Below the pieces are notes generated by a model. The model searched no databases. It was not told where the DNA came from and saw only the letters and a list, made by a program, of their open reading frames with translations. From Candidatus Peribacteria bacterium (lineage in GTDB: Bacteria > Patescibacteriota > Gracilibacteria > Peribacterales > Peribacteraceae): a stretch of DNA of 64,000 nt. The stretch spans positions 192,001 to 256,000 of the forward strand of contig JBEPVF010000002.1 in NCBI GenBank assembly GCA_041691135.1. The letters are read 5' to 3'. This document shows, in pieces, positions 30,705 to 43,219 of this stretch; positions within the stretch are counted from its first letter, which is position 1, and each line of letters begins with the position of its first letter. Made by a program: the position numbers and the translations under genes.

Positions 30705-33700
30705 TATTTCAGTGCGATACGATAAATTGTAAATTTATCAGCTTTTTCATCAAGTCTATCGTATGACATAAAATGATACCGTATTGTATTATCAGCTTGG
30801 CGATTATAATCCCCATTATATTTTTTTTGCACAGAATCGTAAGCAGACACATATTGACCGTTAGTATCGAGCTTAAACTCACCTGTGCCTGAAGCAACAG
30901 GCGTGTAATCATTTACTAAATCACCGAAATTAGTATCCATAACCCATATGCCGTCTTGCTCTTTTTTTCCAATTACCATTGTGTGTGGAGTTGAACCGTA
31001 CATCATTTGAACAATATCACCTTCTTTTACATCAATTGAGCTAACTTTGTTTTTAAATGAATTAAATTTATTACCTTGATCTATAGCTATAACATTAGGA
31101 CTGCCATCGACATCCCATCTATAGCGCAGATCTACAAGTTCTCCGTTTCGAATTTCCTTACCATCATCGTGGTTAGAGGGAAGTAAAATACCTGTGGAGT
31201 TTATTATAAGAACTTTCCTCAGCCAATCTTTACACTCCAGTTGACCTGTGTCATGCGGAGACCCTCTTAACTCAAATCCTTTGACACCTAAACTTGTATT
31301 TTCAACGTACGATAATTCTCCGTTCGCATAATCTTTAATGAATTGGTCAATAATCTTCTTATTCCCCTCCGGGATCTGCCCATAATCAATATCAAATATA
31401 GAAGCAATTTTCTCGTTCATTCTAGTCTTCTCCTCAAGAGAAAAACTGTTCCACTTGTCTCCAAATAATTTGGGAATGTCCACCTCCGAATGAGAAACCT
31501 CCTTCACCGTAAACTCGCTCGTCGCCATCTGCGCTGTCGATCCGTCTTCGAAGCGAACAACCACGTTCAACCATGTCTGACCGTGGATCATGTGATTCGT
31601 GAGTACGCTTGCAGGAAGGGTAATGTAAAGACCATGACGTATGGCTGCCAAAGATTGTGAATCAATATCGGCATCTGATTTACCTGTTACATCAAAGAGT
31701 GCTGGCATAACACGTACATTCTGCACTCTCTTGTCACCGATTACATAGTCCAAACGAATGCGGATCTGATCGTCACTCGTAAATTCTGCACCGTTGATTG
31801 ATGCTGCGATCATATGTGGTGCAGCATTCGCCTCGTTGCTCGGGTTGAAGATTTGTTCGTAGCCGGCAATACTAAAGAGCGCTTTGAGCATTCTCTGTTT
31901 CGCCTGAGTATCTTTCTGAAGCGCCACAACCATGATCTTCTGCCAGGGAATAGCAGTGACCTGCTCCACTGTTTTTGCGTAGTCGACCATCTCAACTAGA
32001 GTCGATGTGACTAACTTCTGACTCAAGCCAGCATAGACTTTTGCAACCTGACTGTTGGCTGACGCATCCTGAGAAGACCAATTCAGAGCGGCACCCATTG
32101 CTTGCTCCATCGTCGGGTTCGCTTGCGCATACTGAGCGATGGCATTGACAATAGGTTCGGCAGCCATTGCATCTTTGAACTGCTGAGTGCCAAGAGTGAT
32201 ATCAAGACTGCGAATCAAATCTTGAGTTTCGCTATCAGGCATGAACATTCCCATCGATTCAAAACTGCCAAGCATGGCAGTCACCGAAGGATCATCCTGT
32301 AGAACGGCTTTGAGCTGTTTCTCCGTGTCACCGCCATAGGTGGAAACTTCATTCGTAAAATCTGTTTCCCAGCTATCCGGTAACTTCACGACAATCGTCC
32401 CATCATTCTCGACATGTGTTTTGTCGCCCAATACAATTGTCATACGCCGGTTGCCTCCGTTAATTGTATTGAGAGCCGCACTGAGCGCATCCACCATCCG
32501 AGCCTGCGCACGATCGACGTTCATTTGCGATTGCTCACTGGCAGTTGTCGGACTATTAGGCACATTGGCACCGTAGGTATAGATGCTCGGTAGTCGCGAC
32601 ACATCCATTGCACGATTAATCATCGCCGTATAATCGGCTTCCTTCTGCTGCAAAAAAGGATCAGAGGAAATTCTATTCTGACGCTCATAGAGAGCTGTTT
32701 GATCGGTCTGCAAATGAATCAACGAATCGATCTGCTCAGTCATATACCGATGACCCAGCGCAATAAGCGTATCGACATTGTCCGGAAAAGGCATGCCCGC
32801 TCCCCGACTGGCCTCTCGCATCTGGTAGACATGCTCATTCGAACGTGTGTAGCCACGCTGAACGACTGCATATACATCGTTGAATTCAGTTGCATTGCCC
32901 TTGAGCTGCAAAAACGCCAGTCGCACGCCGTCAGCGAGCAATCCTCCGACCGTCTCTTCCTGCGCATCTTTCAGTTGGGACAGATGTTCGCGTGTCATTT
33001 CAGCCTCTGCCTTCAGCTGATCAACAACGATACGGACTTCGATACCGAAGTTCCCTTTGGCTTTCAACTGGGCGGCATCGGACCGCTCATTCACTCTGTC
33101 TTCCGCCACTTTCTGAAAATTGACACAAAAAAGTTCCGGGCACAAACGCTGGCACAAGTCATCGACGCTCTCGGTAACCGTATATTCTTTGAAGTACTCA
33201 TAGATCATGTGGCGTCCGATATTTGCGATGCCCGGATCATTGATGTCGATCGTACGCAGTGCGGCCATCTTGTCGTCGAAGAGCTGTTTCTGGAGAGCGG
33301 CAGAAACCTGGCTCGCAGTTGAAATTGTTTCCTGTTTAAGATGTTCAACGATCAAATCGGCAATTAGCGCGGCAGCAGTTTCTTTTTGCTGATCCACATA
33401 CGCATCCAATGTCGGCGTGGCGGGAGACAATGGCCGTGGCGCCGACGGGCCATCGGTGGGAATAGCCGACCAAAGGCGCAAAGGTGTTTGGACCTTGAAT
33501 AACTTGCCGGTCTGATCGCCACCGACTACTCCGATAAGGTAGTGATTTTTGGGTGAAGCATGCTGGATCTGCGTGTACTGCGGCACCTGAAGCGTCTCGG
33601 GCAGCTGGGTCATAGGCCCCTTGCCAAGAGATTTTCCATCGAAGAGGGTTACGAGGCCGTCTCTGTTCGTGACATAGACAACCTCTCCATCGGGAGAACA

Positions 33701-34462
33701 GGTGATGTTGTTGATCCATGGTCCAGACATCGGTTGAACGATGCAATTACCGGACTGTACGTCGATAATGCTGACACCGCCGTTCTGATCTCCGCAAAGA
33801 ATATACTTGCCGGAGGGATCAACGGTAAAGGCAAGAACATGTCCGGGCACGGAGAAATTCTTTGTCTGAGCAGTCGTACTGTCGTAGACGGAAACAGTTC
33901 TATCCAAATACGAAGCCAACTTTTTACCATCCGGAAAGAAACACACGCCATCACCAGCAGGACCAGTGGCAGTTTGCTCACCTGTGTCGGTATTAAGCTG
34001 AAGAACCTGAGAACTCGACAGGGCAAAGGCGACTGTTCTACCGTCAGAAGACATCTCCATGCGTGTACCCCAATCGGGAAGCGTGAAGCATTGGAGCTGA
34101 GCGCCGCTCGAGGCATCCCACACACGACAGGTGTGATCTTGTCCGAACGAAATTATTTTTGTTCCGGTTGGATCGTAAGTGCATCGCCACACTTGTCCGT
34201 TGTGTCCGGCAAGTTCCTTTAATGGCGCGCCGTTTCTTGCATCGCGAATGACAATGGTGCTTTGCCCATACGTCGTTGTTGCAAGATGCTCACCATCGGG
34301 GCTGAGGGAAAGATCCACAAAAGATTCTGGGCCGCGATCCACCTCTGTGGAATCCTGGGAAGTTAGATGCGGTATCGCAGCCAAGGCGGCATCGAACGAC
34401 GCATAGGCAGGAACCTGCCGGTCTTCCAGGGATTCAAAGGAGGGATGGAACGAACGCGGCAT
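30704..34462 (-). CDS. 1252-aa protein: planctomycete-type N-terminal motif, WD40 propeller, helical stalk, C-terminal CHAP/NlpC-like domain
   Basis: MPRSFHPSFESLEDRQVPA; SPDG/GH..QV/RVWD repeats; C-terminal LECKDW...GDIVQM...PHTMVI...IWVMDTNF. Confidence 0.8.
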   Translation of the reverse strand: MPRSFHPSFESLEDRQVPAYASFDAALAAIPHLTSQDSTEVDRGPESFVDLSLSPDGEHLATTTYGQSTIVIRDARNGAPLKELAGHNGQVWRCTYDPTGTKIISFGQDHTCRVWDASSGAQLQCFTLPDWGTRMEMSSDGRTVAFALSSSQVLQLNTDTGEQTATGPAGDGVCFFPDGKKLASYLDRTVSVYDSTTAQTKNFSVPGHVLAFTVDPSGKYILCGDQNGGVSIIDVQSGNCIVQPMSGPWINNITCSPDGEVVYVTNRDGLVTLFDGKSLGKGPMTQLPETLQVPQYTQIQHASPKNHYLIGVVGGDQTGKLFKVQTPLRLWSAIPTDGPSAPRPLSPATPTLDAYVDQQKETAAALIADLIVEHLKQETISTASQVSAALQKQLFDDKMAALRTIDINDPGIANIGRHMIYEYFKEYTVTESVDDLCQRLCPELFCVNFQKVAEDRVNERSDAAQLKAKGNFGIEVRIVVDQLKAEAEMTREHLSQLKDAQEETVGGLLADGVRLAFLQLKGNATEFNDVYAVVQRGYTRSNEHVYQMREASRGAGMPFPDNVDTLIALGHRYMTEQIDSLIHLQTDQTALYERQNRISSDPFLQQKEADYTAMINRAMDVSRLPSIYTYGANVPNSPTTASEQSQMNVDRAQARMVDALSAALNTINGGNRRMTIVLGDKTHVENDGTIVVKLPDSWETDFTNEVSTYGGDTEKQLKAVLQDDPSVTAMLGSFESMGMFMPDSETQDLIRSLDITLGTQQFKDAMAAEPIVNAIAQYAQANPTMEQAMGAALNWSSQDASANSQVAKVYAGLSQKLVTSTLVEMVDYAKTVEQVTAIPWQKIMVVALQKDTQAKQRMLKALFSIAGYEQIFNPSNEANAAPHMIAASINGAEFTSDDQIRIRLDYVIGDKRVQNVRVMPALFDVTGKSDADIDSQSLAAIRHGLYITLPASVLTNHMIHGQTWLNVVVRFEDGSTAQMATSEFTVKEVSHSEVDIPKLFGDKWNSFSLEEKTRMNEKIASIFDIDYGQIPEGNKKIIDQFIKDYANGELSYVENTSLGVKGFELRGSPHDTGQLECKDWLRKVLIINSTGILLPSNHDDGKEIRNGELVDLRYRWDVDGSPNVIAIDQGNKFNSFKNKVSSIDVKEGDIVQMMYGSTPHTMVIGKKEQDGIWVMDTNFGDLVNDYTPVASGTGEFKLDTNGQYVSAYDSVQKKYNGDYNRQADNTIRYHFMSYDRLDEKADKFTIYRIALK

Positions 34463-34661
34463 AGATGGATGGGGGAAAAGGATGTCTCCATCAAATCAGA
34501 GCGCCGCATCAGTGAAGAGAGCATCACGAAGAGCAAAATCGTGCGACACTCGTTTTTTCCCTGCCACTCAATCTCAATGACGTTCTATGCACACACAGAA
34601 CGTTCATCAAACATATAATCATGAACAAAACTATCTCTTCGTGCAATAATCTGTTGTCCTC

Positions 34662-35696
34662 CTACTCTGACTCCAACACCAAATCGTAAACCTCCTTGCT
34701 GATGCTTCCATCCTCGTATAGCTGCTTCGCTGCCTTGGCATACGTAATCATTCCAATATTCTCGCTCGTCTGCAGCACCGTCTTCAGTTCCACAATACGT
34801 CCGGTACGAATGATGTTCGATACGGCCGGCGTGTTCAGCAGGATCTCGCGCAATGCCACGCGTCCGCCACCGGTACGCGGCAGCAAGCGCTGGGCGACGA
34901 TCGCCGTGAGGGATAGCGAGAGCTGTGAACGGATCTGTTGCTGTTGATAGGCCGGGAACACGTCGACGATACGGTCGATCGTCTGCATCGTGTTGGGCGT
35001 GTGCAATGTAGCGAAGATAAGGTGGCCTGTTTCAGCCAGAGTGAGAGCGAGGGCAATTGTTTCCGGATCGCGCATTTCTCCGACCATGACGATGTCCGGA
35101 TCCTGACGCAGCACACGCTTCATCGCTTCGGCGAACGAGAGGAAGTCCTGACCGTACTGACGCTGACGGATCAGACCCTGGCCGCGCGGAAAGATGAATT
35201 CGATCGGATCTTCCAGTGTGATGATGTGCGCCGAGCGTTGCTGGTTGATGAAGTGCACGATGGACGCGAGTGACGAGGACTTTCCTGAACCGGTCGGACC
35301 GGTAAAGAGCACCAGGCCCTGGCGGAGGTTCACGAACTGCTGTGCGATCTGATCCAGACCGAGTTGTTCCAATGTGGGGATATCCTGCGGGATGATACGA
35401 GCCGCCAAGCCGACGTTGCCACGTTCGTAGTGACAGTTCACACGCAGACGAACGCCATCGGGTAGTTCGTACGACACGTCGATTTCGCGCATCTCCTTTA
35501 AACGCTTGTAGGATGTCTCGCCGATAACGCCGCGGACGAACTGGTCCACTTGGGCAGCGGTCATCACCTGCTTGCTCTGGGCAATCAGCTGTCCATCGAT
35601 ACGAAAGAGGATGGGTGAGCCCTCAGCGATGTGCACGTCGGATGCACCTTGCTTGAACGCTTTCTCGAATAGAAGGGTGGCGGGTTGGTTTGACAT
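34662..35696 (-). CDS. pilT: PilT/PilU type IV pilus retraction ATPase
   Basis: ASDVHI, GPTGSGKS, ITLEDPIE, LRQDPD...GEMRD, AETGHL..TLHT. Confidence 0.9.
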   Translation of the reverse strand: MSNQPATLLFEKAFKQGASDVHIAEGSPILFRIDGQLIAQSKQVMTAAQVDQFVRGVIGETSYKRLKEMREIDVSYELPDGVRLRVNCHYERGNVGLAARIIPQDIPTLEQLGLDQIAQQFVNLRQGLVLFTGPTGSGKSSSLASIVHFINQQRSAHIITLEDPIEFIFPRGQGLIRQRQYGQDFLSFAEAMKRVLRQDPDIVMVGEMRDPETIALALTLAETGHLIFATLHTPNTMQTIDRIVDVFPAYQQQQIRSQLSLSLTAIVAQRLLPRTGGGRVALREILLNTPAVSNIIRTGRIVELKTVLQTSENIGMITYAKAAKQLYEDGSISKEVYDLVLESE

Positions 35697-35905
35697 ATCG
35701 AACTATTATAGCAGATTTTGGCTTACAGACCAAGAGCATCCCCTGTTTAGCCCAAGAGAGTTCTATAAAGACAGAATGGACTCAAAACCCATGCTTTTGG
35801 GAACTAAAATGCATTTTTACTCACAAATACGCAACTTTAGAGGCGAAAAGAGCATTTCTTGGACGAGATTATTTACAAAAATCGTTTGCGGCATACGATT
35901 GAGGC

Positions 35906-36244
35906 ATGGCCATAGCCTCTAGAGAAGCGGGAACCGATCCGGACATATCCGATGCTGTTTGGCGTGTAGCAAAGCCAGGTAATCTGTTTGAGGAATTCAA
36001 CGAATTGTCGAAGCCAGAATTGCGTCGAATCGTAGAAGAAGCGGAGCGAAAATTGGCTGCAAAAATTGAAATGTTTCAGCAGACGAGAGGACTTATTTGC
36101 AAATGCCTCGATGCGGTCAGGAATACCTCCAACTGCAAAAATCCACCGCCACATACCAATGAATACCGGCGGATTGACAGACTGAGAGACATTATAACAA
36201 TCGGAAAGGCATTTTTGCCTCGTGAGAATGATCCGAGGAAATAA
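35906..36244 (+). CDS. Hypothetical protein
   Basis: 112-aa ORF; TACGAT 6 nt upstream of ATG. Confidence 0.5.
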   Translation: MAIASREAGTDPDISDAVWRVAKPGNLFEEFNELSKPELRRIVEEAERKLAAKIEMFQQTRGLICKCLDAVRNTSNCKNPPPHTNEYRRIDRLRDIITIGKAFLPRENDPRK

Positions 36245-36258
36245 AAAGTCTTGATGAT

Positions 36259-38127
36259 TTACGAACGCGGCAGTAACCAGCCGCGCTCAACTACCCATTG
36301 TTCAACGACATCTCGCGGCAGCCGCAAGTGCGCAACCAATTCATCGGGACCAAATGAATCTTCCGTTAATTGTGCCAGATTGAAGAGCAGAACAATATCC
36401 CGTCTCATTTCGTCACTTACCATTTCCGGTCCCCACTTCTCGCCCGCGCTCTTTTGATATGCATCCACGTCTGGTAACAGATAGTCACGAAAATCTTGTG
36501 CCACACGATCTCTTCTATAAACAGTTTTAGATCTAGGTGACTTTCCAGTCGGCTCAACAAAATTTTGCACTATTCGCGGTGGTGATGCAGCAGTTTCATG
36601 TTTGCCGTTCCCTCCGACAGGTACAACCGGTCGCATTGTCGCTTCTCCATTTACTCTGTCTGTAACTGGGACGGGAAGCTTCACTTCCATTCGCGCTGGA
36701 GCAGGTTGTACTGGTTTCACCGCTGCAGGAATCGGAGGAGCGACTGGCGGCTTTGGTGCCGGAACAGCGGGTGGTGCAGAAGACATCGGCGGTCGTAACG
36801 GGATGGGTGCTGCGGGCGGAGGTGCTGATGGCAAGCGTTGTTGAATAGTGCGGAGCATGGCTGCAACGGATGCTGAGGTCGTTGATTGTTGTCTTTCTGG
36901 CGCAGGCGGGACTGCAACCGTCGTATTTCTTTCTCCATGTTCGGTAAGAAGCGACGCAATGGAGGTGCCGAATTGCATGCTGCCATTCTGCGAGAGAACC
37001 GATGCCTGATACGCCTCGAATTGCGCGGGTGTAAATGGAACGCCGCGCGGCAAGTTGTATTGCATCACGTCGTGCAACGCAACCTGCCCCATCATAGTCT
37101 TTGCTTGCAACTGCATCGATGCTCTGCGGATCTCGGGATGCAGTCCTTTGCCAGACAGTAAATCGTTGTAGCGACTCACGCCATTCGGTTGCCTCCCATT
37201 CACCATCGACGCCAGCAAATGTGATCGTGTTCCCGGAGCACCGCCGACATTGTCCTGAATAATAATCGATGCGCCATTCGACGACACGGCTTCGGGGAGC
37301 CATTTTTTGATCATGCCGGTATCCTCATGCTGCGAGATGGTATCGAGGAAACGATTCAAGAGAACGACATCAAATGTTTCCGTCATTTTTGTGAGACCTA
37401 CGGCAACATCGCGCAACCATGCCTTCTGCACTTTCATTCCGGTGTGTCCGCCCCGCGTAAGATTGAGATAGCGATTGTCATCCGGCTGATAGGTCACAAT
37501 GGTGCCGATATGTTCCTGTAATGCCCGCAACACTGCCGGCGAACTGCCGCCATCCAGTAAGCGGCGTTCGTGCACCGGCTTGGGGTGTCGCTCAAAATGT
37601 CTCCTGATCGCATCGATGATCAGCGGCGTCACCAGATTTTTTTCGACAAGCGTATCGAAGTAGTCGGGCCCGTGAATAATCATTCCACGTTCACGCTCCT
37701 GACGGATGCTCGGCGGCAATTGCACCGAGAGCAGCGTAGCGAGGGCGCCCGGGCGCTGCACAACATAATGCTCCAGTTCTTGCCAGTACCTTCCGTCATG
37801 TTCCATGAGCGGTTTTATGGCAGACATATTACTTAATTGGTCCAGAATATCCTCCACATTCTCCACACCCAGACAGCGCTGATCCAGCTGACGAACAATC
37901 ACCTCGCTCGCACTGGGACTAAATCTGTCTATCCACGATGGCGCTTCAGTACTTGCATCGTCTAAATGGCGGGGAAAAAGATTGGCTGGTCCGTCCAGAT
38001 CAACCACGGTTTGAATGTTTTGCCGCTCAGGCGATACTCTTATTTCTGAAGATACTGCCGGCGACCCATTAGGAGAATCAGTGTGATCAGGAGAATCCAT
38101 AGAGTTGAGTGAGTGATAAGAACTCAT
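36259..38127 (-). CDS. Hypothetical protein with degenerate class I methyltransferase-like region and Pro-rich linker
   Basis: 622-aa ORF; RRLLDGGSS, FDVVLLNRFL, NGASIII patterns. Confidence 0.6.
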   Translation of the reverse strand: MSSYHSLNSMDSPDHTDSPNGSPAVSSEIRVSPERQNIQTVVDLDGPANLFPRHLDDASTEAPSWIDRFSPSASEVIVRQLDQRCLGVENVEDILDQLSNMSAIKPLMEHDGRYWQELEHYVVQRPGALATLLSVQLPPSIRQERERGMIIHGPDYFDTLVEKNLVTPLIIDAIRRHFERHPKPVHERRLLDGGSSPAVLRALQEHIGTIVTYQPDDNRYLNLTRGGHTGMKVQKAWLRDVAVGLTKMTETFDVVLLNRFLDTISQHEDTGMIKKWLPEAVSSNGASIIIQDNVGGAPGTRSHLLASMVNGRQPNGVSRYNDLLSGKGLHPEIRRASMQLQAKTMMGQVALHDVMQYNLPRGVPFTPAQFEAYQASVLSQNGSMQFGTSIASLLTEHGERNTTVAVPPAPERQQSTTSASVAAMLRTIQQRLPSAPPPAAPIPLRPPMSSAPPAVPAPKPPVAPPIPAAVKPVQPAPARMEVKLPVPVTDRVNGEATMRPVVPVGGNGKHETAASPPRIVQNFVEPTGKSPRSKTVYRRDRVAQDFRDYLLPDVDAYQKSAGEKWGPEMVSDEMRRDIVLLFNLAQLTEDSFGPDELVAHLRLPRDVVEQWVVERGWLLPRS

Positions 38128-38216
38128 TGAAGACGTTCCATCCTAAAAGTCAAAAAGACCCCGCCATGAAAGTGAGAGTTAACCACTGGAAGCGCTGAAC
38201 ACGTTCGTCTTCTCTT

Positions 38217-38465
38217 TTATTCCGTCGCCACCCGGCAGAACTGATTGATCGTTTGCCCCAAACGGTGTGTGGCGGCAGGGTCCCACTCTTTTTCGTCGGC
38301 GATCTCGGCCCACTGGGCCAAAATGCCCGCTTGCTGGCCGGCAGACATGGCTTCTTCATCTTCCTCCTGCGCCAGCTGAGTGAGGGCAATACGTTCTTCC
38401 AGTAAATTAGCGATTTGACGGTCGATTTTTTCGAGACGGCTGAGGAGATCGAGGGAGACAGGCAT
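38217..38465 (-). CDS. AroQ chorismate-mutase-fold small protein (probably inactive)
   Basis: LEKIDRQIANLLEERIAL resembles AroQ helix 1. Confidence 0.6.
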   Translation of the reverse strand: MPVSLDLLSRLEKIDRQIANLLEERIALTQLAQEEDEEAMSAGQQAGILAQWAEIADEKEWDPAATHRLGQTINQFCRVATE

Positions 38466-38512
38466 GGGGCGTATCTTTGCGGAATGAGGGGAGATTGCAA
38501 TTGACAGATTAG

Positions 38513-40813
<2,301 letters not shown>

Positions 40814-40820
40814 TTCGGCG

Positions 40821-42194
40821 TCAGAGATGTCCCTGCTCGGGACTCTGTTCGGCGGGTGTGTAGGCGAGAATGCACGAGAGGATCAACAGTGCCGCCGGGA
40901 TGTATAGCTGACGGAAAAAAGATTCCTCATTGATCAGGAACTGCACATTCTCGGTAAAGAGATACGTGAACAGCACGATTGCCAAACCGACTGTGCCGAA
41001 AATGAACGTCGGCAGCATGTCGCAGGCGACACGCGGATCGCGGCGCGAGGCAAGTGCGAGCAGGATAACTATGGCCGCGGGCAACACATACCACGTGATG
41101 CCGAGTGATCCATTGGTGAACAGCGCCGGGAAGAGATACGGGAATCCGGCCAGGGTGAACTGCACGGCCGTATCCGTACTGTGCGGCGTGATGTGCATGC
41201 CTTTGGCGACGAGGAACAATGGATAGATGACCGCCAAAGCGAGTGAGATACCCGCAGCCATGAGCAGATTTTTTCGCTCGGGCCTGTGCAGGAACCAATG
41301 ACATCCCAGCATGAGCACAAAAGGGAAGAATCCGATGAACAATCCTTCGCTCTTCGTCCAACACGCGGCGCCGACGAAGAACGCACTCAGCATCAACCAT
41401 CGCGCTCCGGCGTACTGCACATACATCGCATACGCCCCGAGAGCGAGCAGCAGATACTGCGCGAGCGGCAAGTCACCGAAGCCTTGGGCCAGATGCAGTT
41501 GTAGCAGAGGGATGCTGAGGATGAGCGTCGTCCCCAGCAACGCAACCTGTTTGCCGCGCAGGCGACGGATGATCAGGAAGAGCGCGCCAAAGCTGCTGAG
41601 ACTGAGCAGCCAATGAATCGTATTGGCAATGTGATCATTCCATTTGAACTGTAACTGATTCGCCGTGATCTGCAGACTATGGAGCAGAATCGGATACTGC
41701 GGTTTTGCGACGCCGCGATCTTCCGTCGCATCGTAGACGATGTGATGATCGACGAACGATACCTGCGCACGATGCGTCCAGTTGCTGAGACTATCGAGCT
41801 GCATGGTAGGTAACAGCACCGCGTGCACGAAGCTGTACACAAAGCTCACACCCAATAGGATGTAACAGAGAAGGAGGATGAAACGACTCCAGCGTTGCGG
41901 GAACAATGGCACAGATTTTTCTCCATTCTCTTGCAGCAACACGTCAGCGCTTTGTCGACGCTTCAGAACAAATAGAACGATGATGATCAGCACATGACCG
42001 CCAAGCACACTCGCCGGCACCAAAGGAATGTCGACAACGGTGTACGCAAATGTGAGCAATGCATTCGATAAGGACGCGACAGGCAGGGCCAGGGGAAGCT
42101 GCAACCATTTGCCGGCGCGCGGCACTATGAGTTGCGCGGCAAACCAGCCTTCGATTAGCAGCAGGGCCAATGGAATCAAAAAGAGAAGGATCAT
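40821..42194 (-). CDS. Multi-pass GT-C-type glycosyltransferase-like membrane protein
   Basis: About 12 TM helices; D...W, YP.L, DLPLA, WTKSEG motifs. Confidence 0.65.
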   Translation of the reverse strand: MILLFLIPLALLLIEGWFAAQLIVPRAGKWLQLPLALPVASLSNALLTFAYTVVDIPLVPASVLGGHVLIIIVLFVLKRRQSADVLLQENGEKSVPLFPQRWSRFILLLCYILLGVSFVYSFVHAVLLPTMQLDSLSNWTHRAQVSFVDHHIVYDATEDRGVAKPQYPILLHSLQITANQLQFKWNDHIANTIHWLLSLSSFGALFLIIRRLRGKQVALLGTTLILSIPLLQLHLAQGFGDLPLAQYLLLALGAYAMYVQYAGARWLMLSAFFVGAACWTKSEGLFIGFFPFVLMLGCHWFLHRPERKNLLMAAGISLALAVIYPLFLVAKGMHITPHSTDTAVQFTLAGFPYLFPALFTNGSLGITWYVLPAAIVILLALASRRDPRVACDMLPTFIFGTVGLAIVLFTYLFTENVQFLINEESFFRQLYIPAALLILSCILAYTPAEQSPEQGHL

Positions 42195-43219
42195 TCGGCG
42201 GGGAGCAGTGAATACAGATGCGTATTGTCGGGATAATCAGCCAGTTTGCGTACCGTTCCTTCGAACTGGCCGCAGTGCAATGTGCCGCCGGTCTCGCTCC
42301 ATTGCGAATGATGCACCAGCACGTGCGTGAGCGGTGCATCGGATTGCAAGTCAGTGGCAACCGTCACCGGATATGCGTGATACCGCAGCATTTTGGCATA
42401 GTAATTGGTGTCGTCGGTACACACATACACGTACGGCGCTCCGAAAGAATGCTTCTGTTGATCAGCCTGCACATCCTGTGCGATGTGCACGACGGCACCC
42501 GCGCGTGAATACAGCCCTTCGCCGTACCACTGCTGCAAATGATGCGCGGTAAATCTGATGAGATCGAGGGAGAATCGCATATTGTATGCCAGCATCGCCA
42601 GAACAAGTACGCCAAGCAGAGTTGATGGCTGTGCCTTGCGGATGAGCAGCATCAATAACGTGAGTAGCACGATACATCCACCCAACAACGTGACGGAGAC
42701 AGTGAGGACTCGATAGCCGAGGAGCGTGTGGTAACTCGAAATCTGATACGATTCGGCTTCAAAAAATTGTCGGACGGCAATGATGGGAACCTGCAGTAAG
42801 GGAGTCGGAAGGAAGCTCATATCCTCCACCGCCGTATCCACACTCTTCTGCGCGCTGCCAAACAGAAGATAGTACTTGTGCTGTCCGGGCGACCACAGCG
42901 GGCTACCGGTCAAATCAATACGAACGTCACGATGTTTACCGGCAGGCATGTGCACGCGCGACAGGTCAATCGGTAAATAGCCGCGCGACGATCGGAACGG
43001 TGCGATGAGCAGATCGAAGGGCTGGCTCGACGAGTACACAATGTGCAAGTACCCGCCCTTTCCCTCGGTCGTCATCGACGTCTGCGTTGTGTAATGGGGA
43101 AGCAGCTGCGACTCGTCACGTGCGATGGTAGGCTTCGGCACCAACAGATCTGCCGCGTGCGCATGAGGAAATGGAGACACACAGAAGAAGAAAACCGCCA
43201 GCGCGAGTAAACGCTTCAT
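42191..43219 (-). CDS. Hypothetical exported/membrane protein
   Basis: Signal peptide plus two internal TM helices; ATGA-coupled to the downstream gene. Confidence 0.7.
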   Translation of the reverse strand: MKRLLALAVFFFCVSPFPHAHAADLLVPKPTIARDESQLLPHYTTQTSMTTEGKGGYLHIVYSSSQPFDLLIAPFRSSRGYLPIDLSRVHMPAGKHRDVRIDLTGSPLWSPGQHKYYLLFGSAQKSVDTAVEDMSFLPTPLLQVPIIAVRQFFEAESYQISSYHTLLGYRVLTVSVTLLGGCIVLLTLLMLLIRKAQPSTLLGVLVLAMLAYNMRFSLDLIRFTAHHLQQWYGEGLYSRAGAVVHIAQDVQADQQKHSFGAPYVYVCTDDTNYYAKMLRYHAYPVTVATDLQSDAPLTHVLVHHSQWSETGGTLHCGQFEGTVRKLADYPDNTHLYSLLPAE

